From positions 1 to 32,000 of the forward strand of contig JBKSMP010000003.1 in the NCBI GenBank assembly GCA_046881885.1: 32,000 nt of DNA, written 5' to 3'. Shown here piece after piece: positions 7,356 to 16,498 of this stretch. Each line of letters begins with the position of its first letter. The first letter of the stretch is position 1. The position numbers were made by a program, and so were the translations under genes. The stretch comes from Opitutales bacterium. Its GTDB lineage: Bacteria; Verrucomicrobiota; Verrucomicrobiia; Opitutales; UBA9783. Under the pieces are notes generated by a model. That model made no database searches, was not told the DNA's origin, and saw nothing but the letters and a program-made list of their open reading frames with translations.

Positions 7356-8948
7356 ATGAAACTAATTTTTATAACGGGTGGGGTAGTGTCCTCTTTAGGA
7401 AAGGGGTTAACAGCGGCTTCTTTAGGTGCACTTTTAGAAAATCAAGGTTTTAAGGTTGGTTTGCAGAAAATGGATCCTTACTTAAATGTAGATCCAGGAA
7501 CGATGAATCCTTGCCAGCATGGTGAAGTTTATGTACTCAAAGATGGGGCCGAAACGGACTTAGACTTGGGACATTATGAACGGTTTACGCATGTTGAACT
7601 TTCGCGTAAAAATAGTGTTTCTTCAGGAAAAATTTACGAAACGATTTTGCAGAAGGAGCGTAATGGCGATTATTTGGGTAATACCGTACAAGTGATTCCA
7701 CATGTTACAAATGAGATTAAAGAGCGTATTTTTGCAGGTGCTAATGCGGATACGGATATCTTAATTACGGAAATAGGGGGGGTTGCTGGAGATATTGAAG
7801 GGCTTCCGTTTTTAGAAGCCTTACGTCAAATTGCACTTGAATTAGGACATGAAAACGTTCTGTTTATTCATGTGACCTTGTTACCATTTTTGAAGGCATC
7901 TTCGGAATTAAAGAGTAAGCCTTCGCAACAGAGTGTGGCTAAATTGCGTGAAATCGGTATTCAGCCGGACATCTTAATTTGTCGAACGGAAGTTCCTATG
8001 GATGATTCCATTCGTGAAAAGTTGAGTTTGTTTTGTAATGTTCCAAAGTCGGCTGTTATTGAAGAACGCGATGTGGAACATTCTATTTATGAATTGCCGC
8101 TTTGCTTGCATCGCGAACATTTAGATGCGCTTGTGTTGGCGAAATTAGGTCTACCTTTTGAAGATAAGCCTTTAGACATTTGGGAAGATGTGGTTCGGAG
8201 AATTTTAAATCCGAAGACGGAAACTACGATTGGTGTAGTTGGAAAATATACCGATCTCCAAGATGCTTATAAATCGATTTACGAGGCGCTTTTTCATGCC
8301 GGTATTGCAAATGAATGTAAGGTGCATATTCGTACGATAGATGCGGAAAAATTAGAAAATACGAACGATGTTTCCTGTTTAGAAGACTTAAATGGTATTT
8401 TAGTGCCAGGTGGGTTTGGTACGCGCGGAATTGAGGGAAAGATGTTGGCGATCCGTTATGCGCGTGAAAATAAAATTCCTTTCTTTGGTATTTGTTTAGG
8501 TATGCAGTTGGCTGTTGTCGAATTTGCGCGACATGTATTGGATTATGTCGATGCTAATAGTACTGAAATGAATCCTCAAACTACGCATCCAGTGATTAGT
8601 TTGATGGAACAGCAAAAAAGACAATCTGGAAAAGGTGGTAACATGCGATTAGGCGCAACACCTTGTTTGCTAAAGACTGGAAGTTTGATACAATCGGTTT
8701 ATCAAAGCGATACGGTTTTTGAGCGTCATCGTCATCGTTATGAGTTTAATACAGATTATAAAGATGCCTTTGAAGCTAAAGGTATGATTATTTCTGGGCA
8801 GCATCCGGACTATCAATTAACAGAGGCCGTAGAAATTCCTGAACATCCTTGGTTTATTGGTGTGCAATATCATCCGGAATTTCAATCTAAACCGCATCAA
8901 CCGAATCCGTTGTTTGTTCATTTTGTTCAAGCTAGTTTGAAGCGTTAA
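7356..8948 (+). CDS. pyrG: CTP synthase
   Basis: 530 aa. MKLIFITGGVVSSLGKG synthetase N-terminus. Glutamine amidotransferase domain with GICLGMQ and HRHRYEFN. Confidence 0.97.
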   Translation: MKLIFITGGVVSSLGKGLTAASLGALLENQGFKVGLQKMDPYLNVDPGTMNPCQHGEVYVLKDGAETDLDLGHYERFTHVELSRKNSVSSGKIYETILQKERNGDYLGNTVQVIPHVTNEIKERIFAGANADTDILITEIGGVAGDIEGLPFLEALRQIALELGHENVLFIHVTLLPFLKASSELKSKPSQQSVAKLREIGIQPDILICRTEVPMDDSIREKLSLFCNVPKSAVIEERDVEHSIYELPLCLHREHLDALVLAKLGLPFEDKPLDIWEDVVRRILNPKTETTIGVVGKYTDLQDAYKSIYEALFHAGIANECKVHIRTIDAEKLENTNDVSCLEDLNGILVPGGFGTRGIEGKMLAIRYARENKIPFFGICLGMQLAVVEFARHVLDYVDANSTEMNPQTTHPVISLMEQQKRQSGKGGNMRLGATPCLLKTGSLIQSVYQSDTVFERHRHRYEFNTDYKDAFEAKGMIISGQHPDYQLTEAVEIPEHPWFIGVQYHPEFQSKPHQPNPLFVHFVQASLKR

Positions 8949-8988
8949 AGCTTTTACAAACTATTTTCAAAACTTTATAAAGAGGTGC

Positions 8989-9017
8989 TTGACAAAACCT
9001 GGGAGGCTTTGTACAAA
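8989..9017 (+). promoter_or_regulatory. candidate sigma70-type promoter for ndk (TTGACA-17 nt-TACAAA)
   Basis: TTGACA at 8989-8994, a 17-nt spacer, and TACAAA at 9012-9017. The -10 ends 5 nt before the ndk ATG (9023). The -10 lacks the conserved final T, so this is weak. Confidence 0.3.
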
Positions 9018-9022
9018 AAGGT

Positions 9023-9442
9023 ATGACTGAAAAAACTCTTGTTTTATTAAAGCCGGATTGTATGCAAAAAAATGTGGCGGGTATTGTTATTGCTCGCTTG
9101 CAAGAAAAAGGTTTACGCATTGTTGCCTGTAAAATGTTAGCGCTTACGGAAGCGATTTTGCGTGATCATTATGATTTTTTGGCTGACAAACCCTTTTTCC
9201 CAAATATTTTAAGTTATATGCAGGAATGTCCTGTTTTAGCGCTTGTTTTAGAAGGAGAAGATGCTATTGCAACAACGCGAAATTTAATGGGACCAACGGA
9301 TTCTTCGATTGCGCCTAAGGGAACTATTCGTGGAGATTTTGGTGTAGATAAGTCACGTAATGTGATTCATGCTTCCGATAGTGAAGCTTCTGCTAAAAAA
9401 GAAATTGAGCGATTTTTCACAAAAGAAGAGGTTTTTGCATAA
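9023..9442 (+). CDS. ndk: nucleoside diphosphate kinase
   Basis: 139 aa. TLVLLKPD.., GPTDS..GTIRGDFG, and the active-site His context NVIHASDS. Confidence 0.95.
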   Translation: MTEKTLVLLKPDCMQKNVAGIVIARLQEKGLRIVACKMLALTEAILRDHYDFLADKPFFPNILSYMQECPVLALVLEGEDAIATTRNLMGPTDSSIAPKGTIRGDFGVDKSRNVIHASDSEASAKKEIERFFTKEEVFA

Positions 9443-9444
9443 AG

Positions 9445-10428
9445 ATGGAAATTTTACCTGGATGTTTCTTCCCAACGGAAGTCGTTTTTCTTGATAATAG
9501 TGAAATTTATTTACAGACCTTTGAACTTTTCTTTGAAAGGCATTTAAAACACATCAAACTTAAGACGTTTTCAAAGCCGCAAGACGCTTTGGATTATATT
9601 GCATCGAAACCAAAACCAAATTTTGAACAGTTCTTCCAGCCAGAAGATACGTTTTGTTCAAATTGTTATGCAATGAAATTAAATATGTTTTCATTGCACA
9701 AAATGATTTATGATCGCAGCCGTTTTTCTCAAATTTCCACAATTATTGCGGATTATAATTTGGGGGCAGATCAGATGAATGGTGTTGAATTTTGTCAAAA
9801 GGTTGATGGTGAAAATATTCAAAGAATATTGTTTACTGAAGAACGGGGACGAAATTTTGTTATTCAGGCATTTAATGAGAATTATATTCAAAAGTATATT
9901 TCTAAGGAAAAAGTTCATGATTTGAAGGTGATACAAGATCTTGTTCATCAATCTCAAGAGCGTTATTTCTTTGAAAATACAAAGTCGATACAAATTGCGC
10001 TTAAGCAGAATCCTGACTTTCCTTTGGCGATTTATTCTGAGGCCTTTCAATCCTATTTCCGAAGCTTTTTAGAAACAAATAATATAAGCGAATATTATTT
10101 ATTAGATGCGGTAGGAAGTTATTTGATGATTGATAAGGAAAATCGCATAAAAATACTTTTTGTTCAAAACGAAGATCAATGTCGCGCTAATTATCTTGAA
10201 CAAAAGGAAGAGGTCGATTCCGAACTTCGTGAAAAATTGGAAGTAGGTGAAGTGGTTTATTGTAATACAAGTTTTTGGACGCAAGAGAATAAGAAGACCA
10301 ATTCACTTTTTGTTCCAGCTGAATGCATACAAGATCCTCAATCTGGCGCTAAATTTTATTGTGCTTGCTTACAGAATGTTGATTTTATTGATGCATCAAA
10401 AATTGCATTAGAGGATAATATAGCTTAA
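9445..10428 (+). CDS. atypical receiver (REC)-like domain protein with an unknown ~190-aa C-terminal domain
   Basis: 327 aa. By-eye alignment to CheY-like receivers: VVFLDNS (acidic pair, second Asp is Asn), TIIADYNLG..MNGVEFCQKV (phospho-acceptor Asp context), RILFTEE (Thr), IQKYISKE (Lys). There is a ~45-aa insertion before beta3. The start lies 2 nt after the ndk stop. Confidence 0.55.
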   Translation: MEILPGCFFPTEVVFLDNSEIYLQTFELFFERHLKHIKLKTFSKPQDALDYIASKPKPNFEQFFQPEDTFCSNCYAMKLNMFSLHKMIYDRSRFSQISTIIADYNLGADQMNGVEFCQKVDGENIQRILFTEERGRNFVIQAFNENYIQKYISKEKVHDLKVIQDLVHQSQERYFFENTKSIQIALKQNPDFPLAIYSEAFQSYFRSFLETNNISEYYLLDAVGSYLMIDKENRIKILFVQNEDQCRANYLEQKEEVDSELREKLEVGEVVYCNTSFWTQENKKTNSLFVPAECIQDPQSGAKFYCACLQNVDFIDASKIALEDNIA

Positions 10429-10441
10429 ATAAGCCTAAATG

Positions 10442-10480
10442 AAAAACCTGCAAAACCTATACGGTTTGCAGGTTTTTTTT
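10442..10480. terminator. bidirectional rho-independent terminator between convergent genes
   Basis: Stem CCTGCAAA(A)CC (10447-10457) / GGTTTGCAGG (10463-10472) with loop TATAC. It is flanked by AAAAA upstream and TTTTTTTT downstream, so it can terminate both strands. Confidence 0.75.
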
Positions 10481-11711
10481 ATAAATTTTTCTTCTTTTTA
10501 GGAAATGTAAACCAAAATAAAAATGTTGTTATTAAAAGTAGAAGTGCGATCACCATCAAGCTGATTTGGTAAGCTATTTTCGCAGAATAAATAGGGGTAA
10601 AATGGTCGATAATCCACCCAGATCCGGATTGTACAAAACCGCAAAACCACATAATGATCATATTAACAACGGCAATAGAACTTGCATTTGCTCGCGGTGG
10701 ATTGAGTTCTGCACAAGTGATAAAACTGATGACTTGTCCACTGGATGCAATGCCCAATAGTCCTAATAAAACAGCAAGCCCTAAAAAGGAAACATTTTCT
10801 AATACTAAGAGCCAAAGAAACAGTATTGTTGTTGCTAATCCGCTTATAACCAAGGGCAATTTTCTTACCTTAAAGGTGTCGGAAATCCAGCCTAAAATGG
10901 GTGCTCCCAATGCCCAGCTTAAGTAGAGGATAGCTGTTAATTGTACAGCTTGGTTACTTGTGAAATTATGAATTTTGGTGAAGTAAGGAATGGACCAAAA
11001 ATCTGCAAATACAGCTAAAGGCATGAAAAGGGCCCCTCCTAATAGTCCTAATGTCCAGGAATGTCCTTTTTTAGCGACACATAGGAGATTGTCTTTACAT
11101 TGGATCCAAATGTGTTTTCCGCGTGGTTTGGGTACCCAATCTGGATTGTTAGGAATAAAAATGAGTAGTAAAAAGGTAACAAAAATTCCAAAGCCAAAAG
11201 AAAACCACCAGATGTTTTTCCAACCACAAGCCGAATTGATCCACGAAAGGGAAGATTGTGCGGCGATTGCTCCAATGAGGCCTAACGCAGTTGTGAGTCC
11301 AGAGAGCATAGCTAGGCGTTTTTTAGGAAACCAAATGGTGCATAAATACATGACGCCAACAAAACCAAAAGCGGATGAAAAGCCCATTAAAAAGCGTCCT
11401 AAGCCAAAGCAAAACAAGCTTTCAGTCGGTAATAAAGGCAGTAAACAGCTAAAGGTTAGGATAAGGCTTGCAGGTAAAAATAATTTTCGACTTCCGCACG
11501 TATCAAATAAAGGTCCAACAACGAGTTGCATAGGAGAATAGGCCATTAAATACATGCCTACTGCGGCTGCAACTTCTGTTGCGGTTGCTAAGAAATTAGC
11601 TTCTAATTCTGTTTCGATAACACTTGGAACGACACGTACATAATACTCGTAAAGGTAAAATAATGATCCCGTCATCCAAATAATGTACGCTCGTAATCCT
11701 CCTTTTTTCAT
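10479..11711 (-). CDS. MFS transporter
   Basis: 410 aa with about 12 hydrophobic helices. MFS motif-A-like loop VVGPLFDTCGSRKLF after TM2. Confidence 0.85.
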   Translation of the reverse strand: MKKGGLRAYIIWMTGSLFYLYEYYVRVVPSVIETELEANFLATATEVAAAVGMYLMAYSPMQLVVGPLFDTCGSRKLFLPASLILTFSCLLPLLPTESLFCFGLGRFLMGFSSAFGFVGVMYLCTIWFPKKRLAMLSGLTTALGLIGAIAAQSSLSWINSACGWKNIWWFSFGFGIFVTFLLLIFIPNNPDWVPKPRGKHIWIQCKDNLLCVAKKGHSWTLGLLGGALFMPLAVFADFWSIPYFTKIHNFTSNQAVQLTAILYLSWALGAPILGWISDTFKVRKLPLVISGLATTILFLWLLVLENVSFLGLAVLLGLLGIASSGQVISFITCAELNPPRANASSIAVVNMIIMWFCGFVQSGSGWIIDHFTPIYSAKIAYQISLMVIALLLLITTFLFWFTFPKKKKNL

Positions 11712-11836
11712 AAAGAATAGTTCTATAAGATCCCGTTTTTGCCGTCAAGTTGAAATTTTGGATTAAGGAATTTGTAGGGGCTGAGCTCTTAAATAGTTTG
11801 AATTTTAGCTGTCTGAAATTTTTATTAAAATAAACA

Positions 11837-11864
11837 TTGCTTTTATATTTATTAGAGGTACAAT
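11837..11864 (+). promoter_or_regulatory. candidate sigma70-type promoter for hpf (TTGCTT-16 nt-TACAAT)
   Basis: TTGCTT at 11837-11842, a 16-nt spacer, and TACAAT at 11859-11864. The -10 ends 8 nt before the hpf ATG (11873). Confidence 0.4.
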
Positions 11865-11872
11865 AAAGGCGT

Positions 11873-12205
11873 ATGAATGAGTCGTCTATCATAATTACAG
11901 GAGTGCACTTGTCTTTGACGGATGCGATTAAAAATGCAGTTAATGAAAAAATGTCAAAATTGTTTCTGCATGAGCCATCTATTATTCGTGTTCGCGTAGA
12001 ATTGGTGCAAGATGTACACAAGAAGGATCAAGGAGAATTTATGGCTAAAGGCTATATTGAAATCCAAGGCCCTGCGCTTGTGGTTGCTGTTTATTCTGAA
12101 AACCTTTACAAGGCAATTGATCTCTTACAAGATAAGTTGCAACGTAAAATTAGGCGCCGTTCGCGTTTATTAAAAGTTAAAAGAAAACAGGTTTTAGTTA
12201 ATTAA
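11873..12205 (+). CDS. hpf: ribosome hibernation promoting factor / RaiA family (short form)
   Basis: 110 aa. IIITGVHLSLTDAIKNAVNEKMSKL.. and ..YIEIQGPALVVAVYSENLYKAIDLLQDKLQRKIRR match the HPF/YfiA (sigma-54 modulation protein) family pattern. Confidence 0.85.
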   Translation: MNESSIIITGVHLSLTDAIKNAVNEKMSKLFLHEPSIIRVRVELVQDVHKKDQGEFMAKGYIEIQGPALVVAVYSENLYKAIDLLQDKLQRKIRRRSRLLKVKRKQVLVN

Positions 12206-12227
12206 AATTTTTAGCAAGTGTCATTCT

Positions 12228-12254
12228 AAGCCTTCCTTATGGGAGGCTTTTTTA
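12228..12254 (+). terminator. rho-independent terminator after hpf
   Basis: Stem AAGCCTTCC (12228-12236) / GGGAGGCTT (12241-12249) with one G-U pair and loop TTAT, followed by TTTTT. Confidence 0.7.
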
Positions 12255-12839
12255 TGCGCAGAAGCCGAGAATGCCTTGAATAATGAAGTCGGCGGAAAGT
12301 GCCAAAAGAATAATACTACTTAATTTAAATAAGATGAGTAAGGTGTAGTAGCTTAAAAATTTTGAAGACCAGGCAGCGACGAAGAAAAGGCTGTAAAAAG
12401 TTGCCATAATAAGTAGAAGTGCCAAAAATACCCAAAATGATTCGATGGAATTTGTAGCGTTTGCTTGGGCAATGAGAACGGATGAAATCGCTCCTGGGCC
12501 CGAAATCATAGGAAACGCTAAAGGTACAACAAGCATGGTTTCGGAAAATGTTTGCGAAGTTTGTGGAGCGTTTTTTAACATTTGTAATCCCATGCGACCA
12601 ATGACGATTCCGCCTGCAATACGAAAAGCATCTAGATTAATATCTAACTCGGTTAGAAGTTTTATTCCAAAAAATGCGGTTATTAAAAGGATTAAGAGAG
12701 CGATATGGCAGGCTTTTCTTGATAATTCCCAGCGTTGTTGTGGGGTATAATGCGGCGTCATTGCAACAAACAAAGCCACGTAAATAAGTGGTGCACTTGC
12801 TACAAAAAACAAACTATACGTTTTTAAAAGAAAGTGCAT
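12252..12839 (-). CDS. MarC family (UPF0056) integral membrane protein
   Basis: 195 aa with 6 hydrophobic segments. Family-typical VPLAFPMISGPGAISSV motif. Confidence 0.8.
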   Translation of the reverse strand: MHFLLKTYSLFFVASAPLIYVALFVAMTPHYTPQQRWELSRKACHIALLILLITAFFGIKLLTELDINLDAFRIAGGIVIGRMGLQMLKNAPQTSQTFSETMLVVPLAFPMISGPGAISSVLIAQANATNSIESFWVFLALLLIMATFYSLFFVAAWSSKFLSYYTLLILFKLSSIILLALSADFIIQGILGFCA

Positions 12840-12866
12840 CGCTAATTAAAAGGCTAATTACGGTAC

Positions 12867-14642
12867 TTAATCTTCAAATGTACCGTCTGGTTTAATGCCA
12901 AGTTGACGCAATTGAGAGATAAGTTCCATTTTTTCTTGTTTGCGATTCGGTTTTTGGAAAACTTCAAAACCAACATCCAATTGTTCAACTTCGCCTTCCA
13001 AGAACCCTTTAAACTGCCGCAAACGCGTTGGATGGCGCATTTTACGGAGCGCCTTGGCCTCAATTTGACGAATACGTTCACGGGTAACATTGAAGGTTTT
13101 TCCAACTTCTTCCAAGGTTCTGCTATACCCATCATTTAAACCAAAACGTAGCGAAAGAACATTACGTTCGCGATCAGTTAAAGTATTTAACACTGCAAGG
13201 AATTTTTCCTTTAGCATGTTATAAGCTGTTGTATCGGAAGGATTATCAGCGCTTTTATCTTCGATGAAATCTCCAAAACAGCTGTCCTCACTTTCACCTA
13301 CAGGGCTTTGCAAGGAAATCGGTTGTTGCGCCATCTTAATGATGGATTCAATGCGACTTACAGGAACTTGTAATTCCTCTGCAACCTCTTCTGGTGTTGG
13401 GTCGTATCCTAATTCCTGTACAAGTTGTTTTTGTACCTGAATAACCTTATTTAAGGTTTCGATCATGTGAACTGGAATGCGAATCGTTCGTGCTTGATCG
13501 GCGATAGAACGCGTAATGGCTTGACGAATCCACCACGTTGCGTATGTTGAGAATTTGTAACCTCGGCGATATTCGAACTTTTCTACAGCCTTCATCAATC
13601 CCATATTACCTTCTTGAATGAGATCTAAGAAGGACAAACCACGATTGGTATATTTTTTCGCAATACTAATCACGAGACGCAAATTGGATTCAACCATTTC
13701 GGTTTTTGCCAAATGCGCTTCCTTCATGTGCTTGCGTACTGAACGAACAATTTCAATTAATTCTTCTGGTTTTAAGCGCAACTCGCATTCAATTTCGTGC
13801 AAGCGTTGCTTCATTTTATCCGCATCAATAGTCTTAAACTTTACACTGTTAGCATTACGTTGAACGGAATGGAGACAGTCGTGAATCGTTTCAATTTCGC
13901 GAATAAGCGGCGAAAACTGATTTAAAAACTCTTCAAAAACTTTTAATTTAAAGCAGAACTTTTTGAAAATAGGTTTTAATTGTGCTTCATATTTTTTATA
14001 ACGTGCAAATAACTTGGTGCGAGATTCTTCGTCGCTTGCAGCCAGATATTCTTGCCAAATTTTATTGAGTTGATCACCTAAGGAGTCACATTGGGCGATT
14101 AATCTTTCTAAGCCTTGATAATAATCTTCGCGACTTTCAATCTTTTTGTCGACAACAATGCGATCAAAACGTTCGTCATGACGTAATAACTTATTGGCTA
14201 AATCCCGTTGAAAATTGAGCGATAAAGCAACGGAAAAAAGCTTGTCCTGCGCAGCGTATTCTGCCTTTTCGATGCGTTTAGAAATTTGAACTTCTTGGTC
14301 ACGAGAAAGCAGTGGTACTTGCCCCATTTGCTTCAAATACATGCGAACAGGGTCCTCTAAGTTCTCCTCTGCAACTTCTGCATTCTTTTCTTGTTCTGCA
14401 GCTTCTTCTTTTTGACGTTGTAATTCCGCTTCCTCACTATCGAGAATATCGATTTCTAAATTTTCAAGAATATTGATGACATTTTCGATTTCATCGGCTT
14501 TTTTGACGCTTTCAGGCAAATGACGATTAATATCTTGAACTGTTAAGAAGCCTTGTTGTTTAGCGAGCGCAATGAGCTGGCGAATTTTTTCATTTAAAAT
14601 TTCGCTTGCTTTAATAACTTTTACTTTACGTTGTATGACCAT
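12867..14642 (-). CDS. rpoD: RNA polymerase primary sigma factor (sigma-70 family, group 1)
   Basis: 591 aa. Region 1.1-like N-terminus, acidic linker, region 2 ([38 protein letters not shown]), region 3, and region 4.2 ([30 protein letters not shown]). It sits downstream of dnaG, as in the classic dnaG-rpoD arrangement. Confidence 0.97.
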   Translation of the reverse strand: MVIQRKVKVIKASEILNEKIRQLIALAKQQGFLTVQDINRHLPESVKKADEIENVINILENLEIDILDSEEAELQRQKEEAAEQEKNAEVAEENLEDPVRMYLKQMGQVPLLSRDQEVQISKRIEKAEYAAQDKLFSVALSLNFQRDLANKLLRHDERFDRIVVDKKIESREDYYQGLERLIAQCDSLGDQLNKIWQEYLAASDEESRTKLFARYKKYEAQLKPIFKKFCFKLKVFEEFLNQFSPLIREIETIHDCLHSVQRNANSVKFKTIDADKMKQRLHEIECELRLKPEELIEIVRSVRKHMKEAHLAKTEMVESNLRLVISIAKKYTNRGLSFLDLIQEGNMGLMKAVEKFEYRRGYKFSTYATWWIRQAITRSIADQARTIRIPVHMIETLNKVIQVQKQLVQELGYDPTPEEVAEELQVPVSRIESIIKMAQQPISLQSPVGESEDSCFGDFIEDKSADNPSDTTAYNMLKEKFLAVLNTLTDRERNVLSLRFGLNDGYSRTLEEVGKTFNVTRERIRQIEAKALRKMRHPTRLRQFKGFLEGEVEQLDVGFEVFQKPNRKQEKMELISQLRQLGIKPDGTFED

Positions 14643-14660
14643 TCGAGAAATTTTTTGAGG

Positions 14661-16496
14661 TTATTGTTCGTTTAAACAAATAGATGTGGAAACACTAGCT
14701 AGTTCCTTTTTATATTTGATTCGCTCCATTTGATATTTTTTTACAAGTTCTGCATTGATGTTAGAACTTTTTATGATTTCTTTGTCAATGTTAGAAATGA
14801 TTTTTTTTAAAAAACGCCTATAAAAGAGTTGTAATAGAAGGGTTAAGGTTTCTTGTTCAGATTCAGTATTTAAGGGCGTTGCCAAGATTTGACACCAAAT
14901 TTCTTCTTCTTGAGTTGTTAGTTGCCAATGATCGCGGTTATTCAGCGGTTCAATCCCATTTTCTGTAAATTCATTGATGATTTTTAGCAACAACTGACCT
15001 TCTGGAGAATCATTGTGAATCCAGTCGAATGCAAGAACCTGTAGGATTTGCGGTGTCCAATGCGGTGTATGGAAAAGAAAACAAAGCAATTGCCCTTCTA
15101 GGGATTGCGTGAAAGCTTCTGTTTTAATCACTTGCTTTGCAGATGGTTGTTCAGGCACAGCTTTTGTGCCTAAACGACGAAAATCTTCTTCTAGAATTTT
15201 GGGCGGAATACTTAATTCTTGCGACAAGGCTTTTAGCAATTCAAATTGAAGAACAGCAGAATTGCAGCGAGCCATAATGTCAAACGTAAATTGAATCACT
15301 TGACGACGTATTTGTTCTTTATCTTCGCTAAATTTAGAAAAAACATTTGCGAAAAATGGGATAGGTAGTAAAGTTTGTTGCGTTAACGTTTGTAGACGTT
15401 CTGGATCTTTATAAAAGCTTGTATCTGGATCTTCACCATCTGCTAATAGGTAGTAACTTAAGGATAACTCGAGAGGAATTCCCAACTCCATTAAACGCAT
15501 GCCGGCTTTTATTCCCGCTTTATCGCCATCAAATAGTCCGATAATAGGTAAGTCGTAACGTTTTAGAATTTTCAGCTGTTCTTCGGTTAAACCGGTTCCT
15601 TGAGGTGCTACGGTTGTTTTTAGACCGCATTCCCAACAGCGAATGACATCCAATGGACCTTCAACCAAGTAAAAATGTGTTGTTACGGGTTCAATAGATT
15701 GACGGGCTCGAAATAAATTAAACAACTCACGACCTTTAACAAAAATAGGTGTTTCGGGTGAATTGACGTATTTAGCTTCGCGAGTAGGATCATTGGGTAA
15801 ATCAAGAAAAGGAAGCAAACGTCCTGAAAAAGCAATTACACGTCCTTGGATATCGTGAATCGGTAACATTAAACGCCCTTGATAGCGGCAAACGAGCGGA
15901 TACGTAGCTGATTTTGATTTATAGAAAATACCGCTTTGTTCCAATTGTTCGCGCGAAAATCCTTGTTTTTGTAAGTGTTTATAGAGTAGAGTAGGATCAA
16001 CAGGTGCGAAACCCACATTAAAGCTTTTAGCCGTATCTAATTTAAATTTGCGTTCATGTTCCCAATAATTTTGAACCTTTGAGCAAATGTCCGATTTTTC
16101 CCAGAAGCATCGTTCAAAGAATGCTGCACTTTGGGTATAAATGTCGAAAAGAATCTTTTTAGACGCATAAGGGGATGAGGCTTTCTGCTTTGTGGCGTGT
16201 GCATATTCTACGGGAATATTAAAGCGGTCACAGAGCCATTCAACCGTTTCCGAAAATGTTAATTGTTCTTTTAGTTCCAGAAAGCGAAACAGGTCACCTG
16301 CATAACCACTGCTGAAGCATTTGAAAATGTTTTTCTGTGGATCGACAAAAAAAGAAGGTGTTTTTTCATGAGAGAAAGGACTGAGGCCCTTTAAATAGTG
16401 TCCTGATGGCTTTAATTGTACATAAGGGCTGACGACATCAACAATCGAGACTTGTTGACGAATACGTTCCAGACACTGTTGCGAAAAATAGGGCAT
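14661..16496 (-). CDS. dnaG: DNA primase
   Basis: 611 aa. N-terminal primase Zn-ribbon-like segment (GLSPFSHEKTPSFFV..KCFSSGYAGD), RNA polymerase core, TOPRIM motifs (YLVEGPLDV; GLFDGDKAG) and a C-terminal helicase-interaction-type region. Confidence 0.93.
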   Translation of the reverse strand: MPYFSQQCLERIRQQVSIVDVVSPYVQLKPSGHYLKGLSPFSHEKTPSFFVDPQKNIFKCFSSGYAGDLFRFLELKEQLTFSETVEWLCDRFNIPVEYAHATKQKASSPYASKKILFDIYTQSAAFFERCFWEKSDICSKVQNYWEHERKFKLDTAKSFNVGFAPVDPTLLYKHLQKQGFSREQLEQSGIFYKSKSATYPLVCRYQGRLMLPIHDIQGRVIAFSGRLLPFLDLPNDPTREAKYVNSPETPIFVKGRELFNLFRARQSIEPVTTHFYLVEGPLDVIRCWECGLKTTVAPQGTGLTEEQLKILKRYDLPIIGLFDGDKAGIKAGMRLMELGIPLELSLSYYLLADGEDPDTSFYKDPERLQTLTQQTLLPIPFFANVFSKFSEDKEQIRRQVIQFTFDIMARCNSAVLQFELLKALSQELSIPPKILEEDFRRLGTKAVPEQPSAKQVIKTEAFTQSLEGQLLCFLFHTPHWTPQILQVLAFDWIHNDSPEGQLLLKIINEFTENGIEPLNNRDHWQLTTQEEEIWCQILATPLNTESEQETLTLLLQLFYRRFLKKIISNIDKEIIKSSNINAELVKKYQMERIKYKKELASVSTSICLNEQ

Positions 16497-16498
16497 GA

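Noticed and set aside
10990-11541. 183-aa ORF on the + strand inside the MFS gene. Similar long antisense ORFs occur at 19570-20013, 9691-10050, 10654-10926, 12445-12750, 26909-27241 and 6425-7083.
   Set aside because: All lie fully antisense to well-supported genes. They have low-complexity or basic, unrecognisable translations. They are typical shadow ORFs.
12854-13139. ORFs 12854-13135 (-) and 12903-13139 (+) overlapping the 3' end of rpoD, considered as an explanation for the RpoD C-terminal tail (for example a separate small gene)
   Set aside because: The rpoD frame reads through without interruption. The alternative frames give basic, low-complexity peptides with no support.
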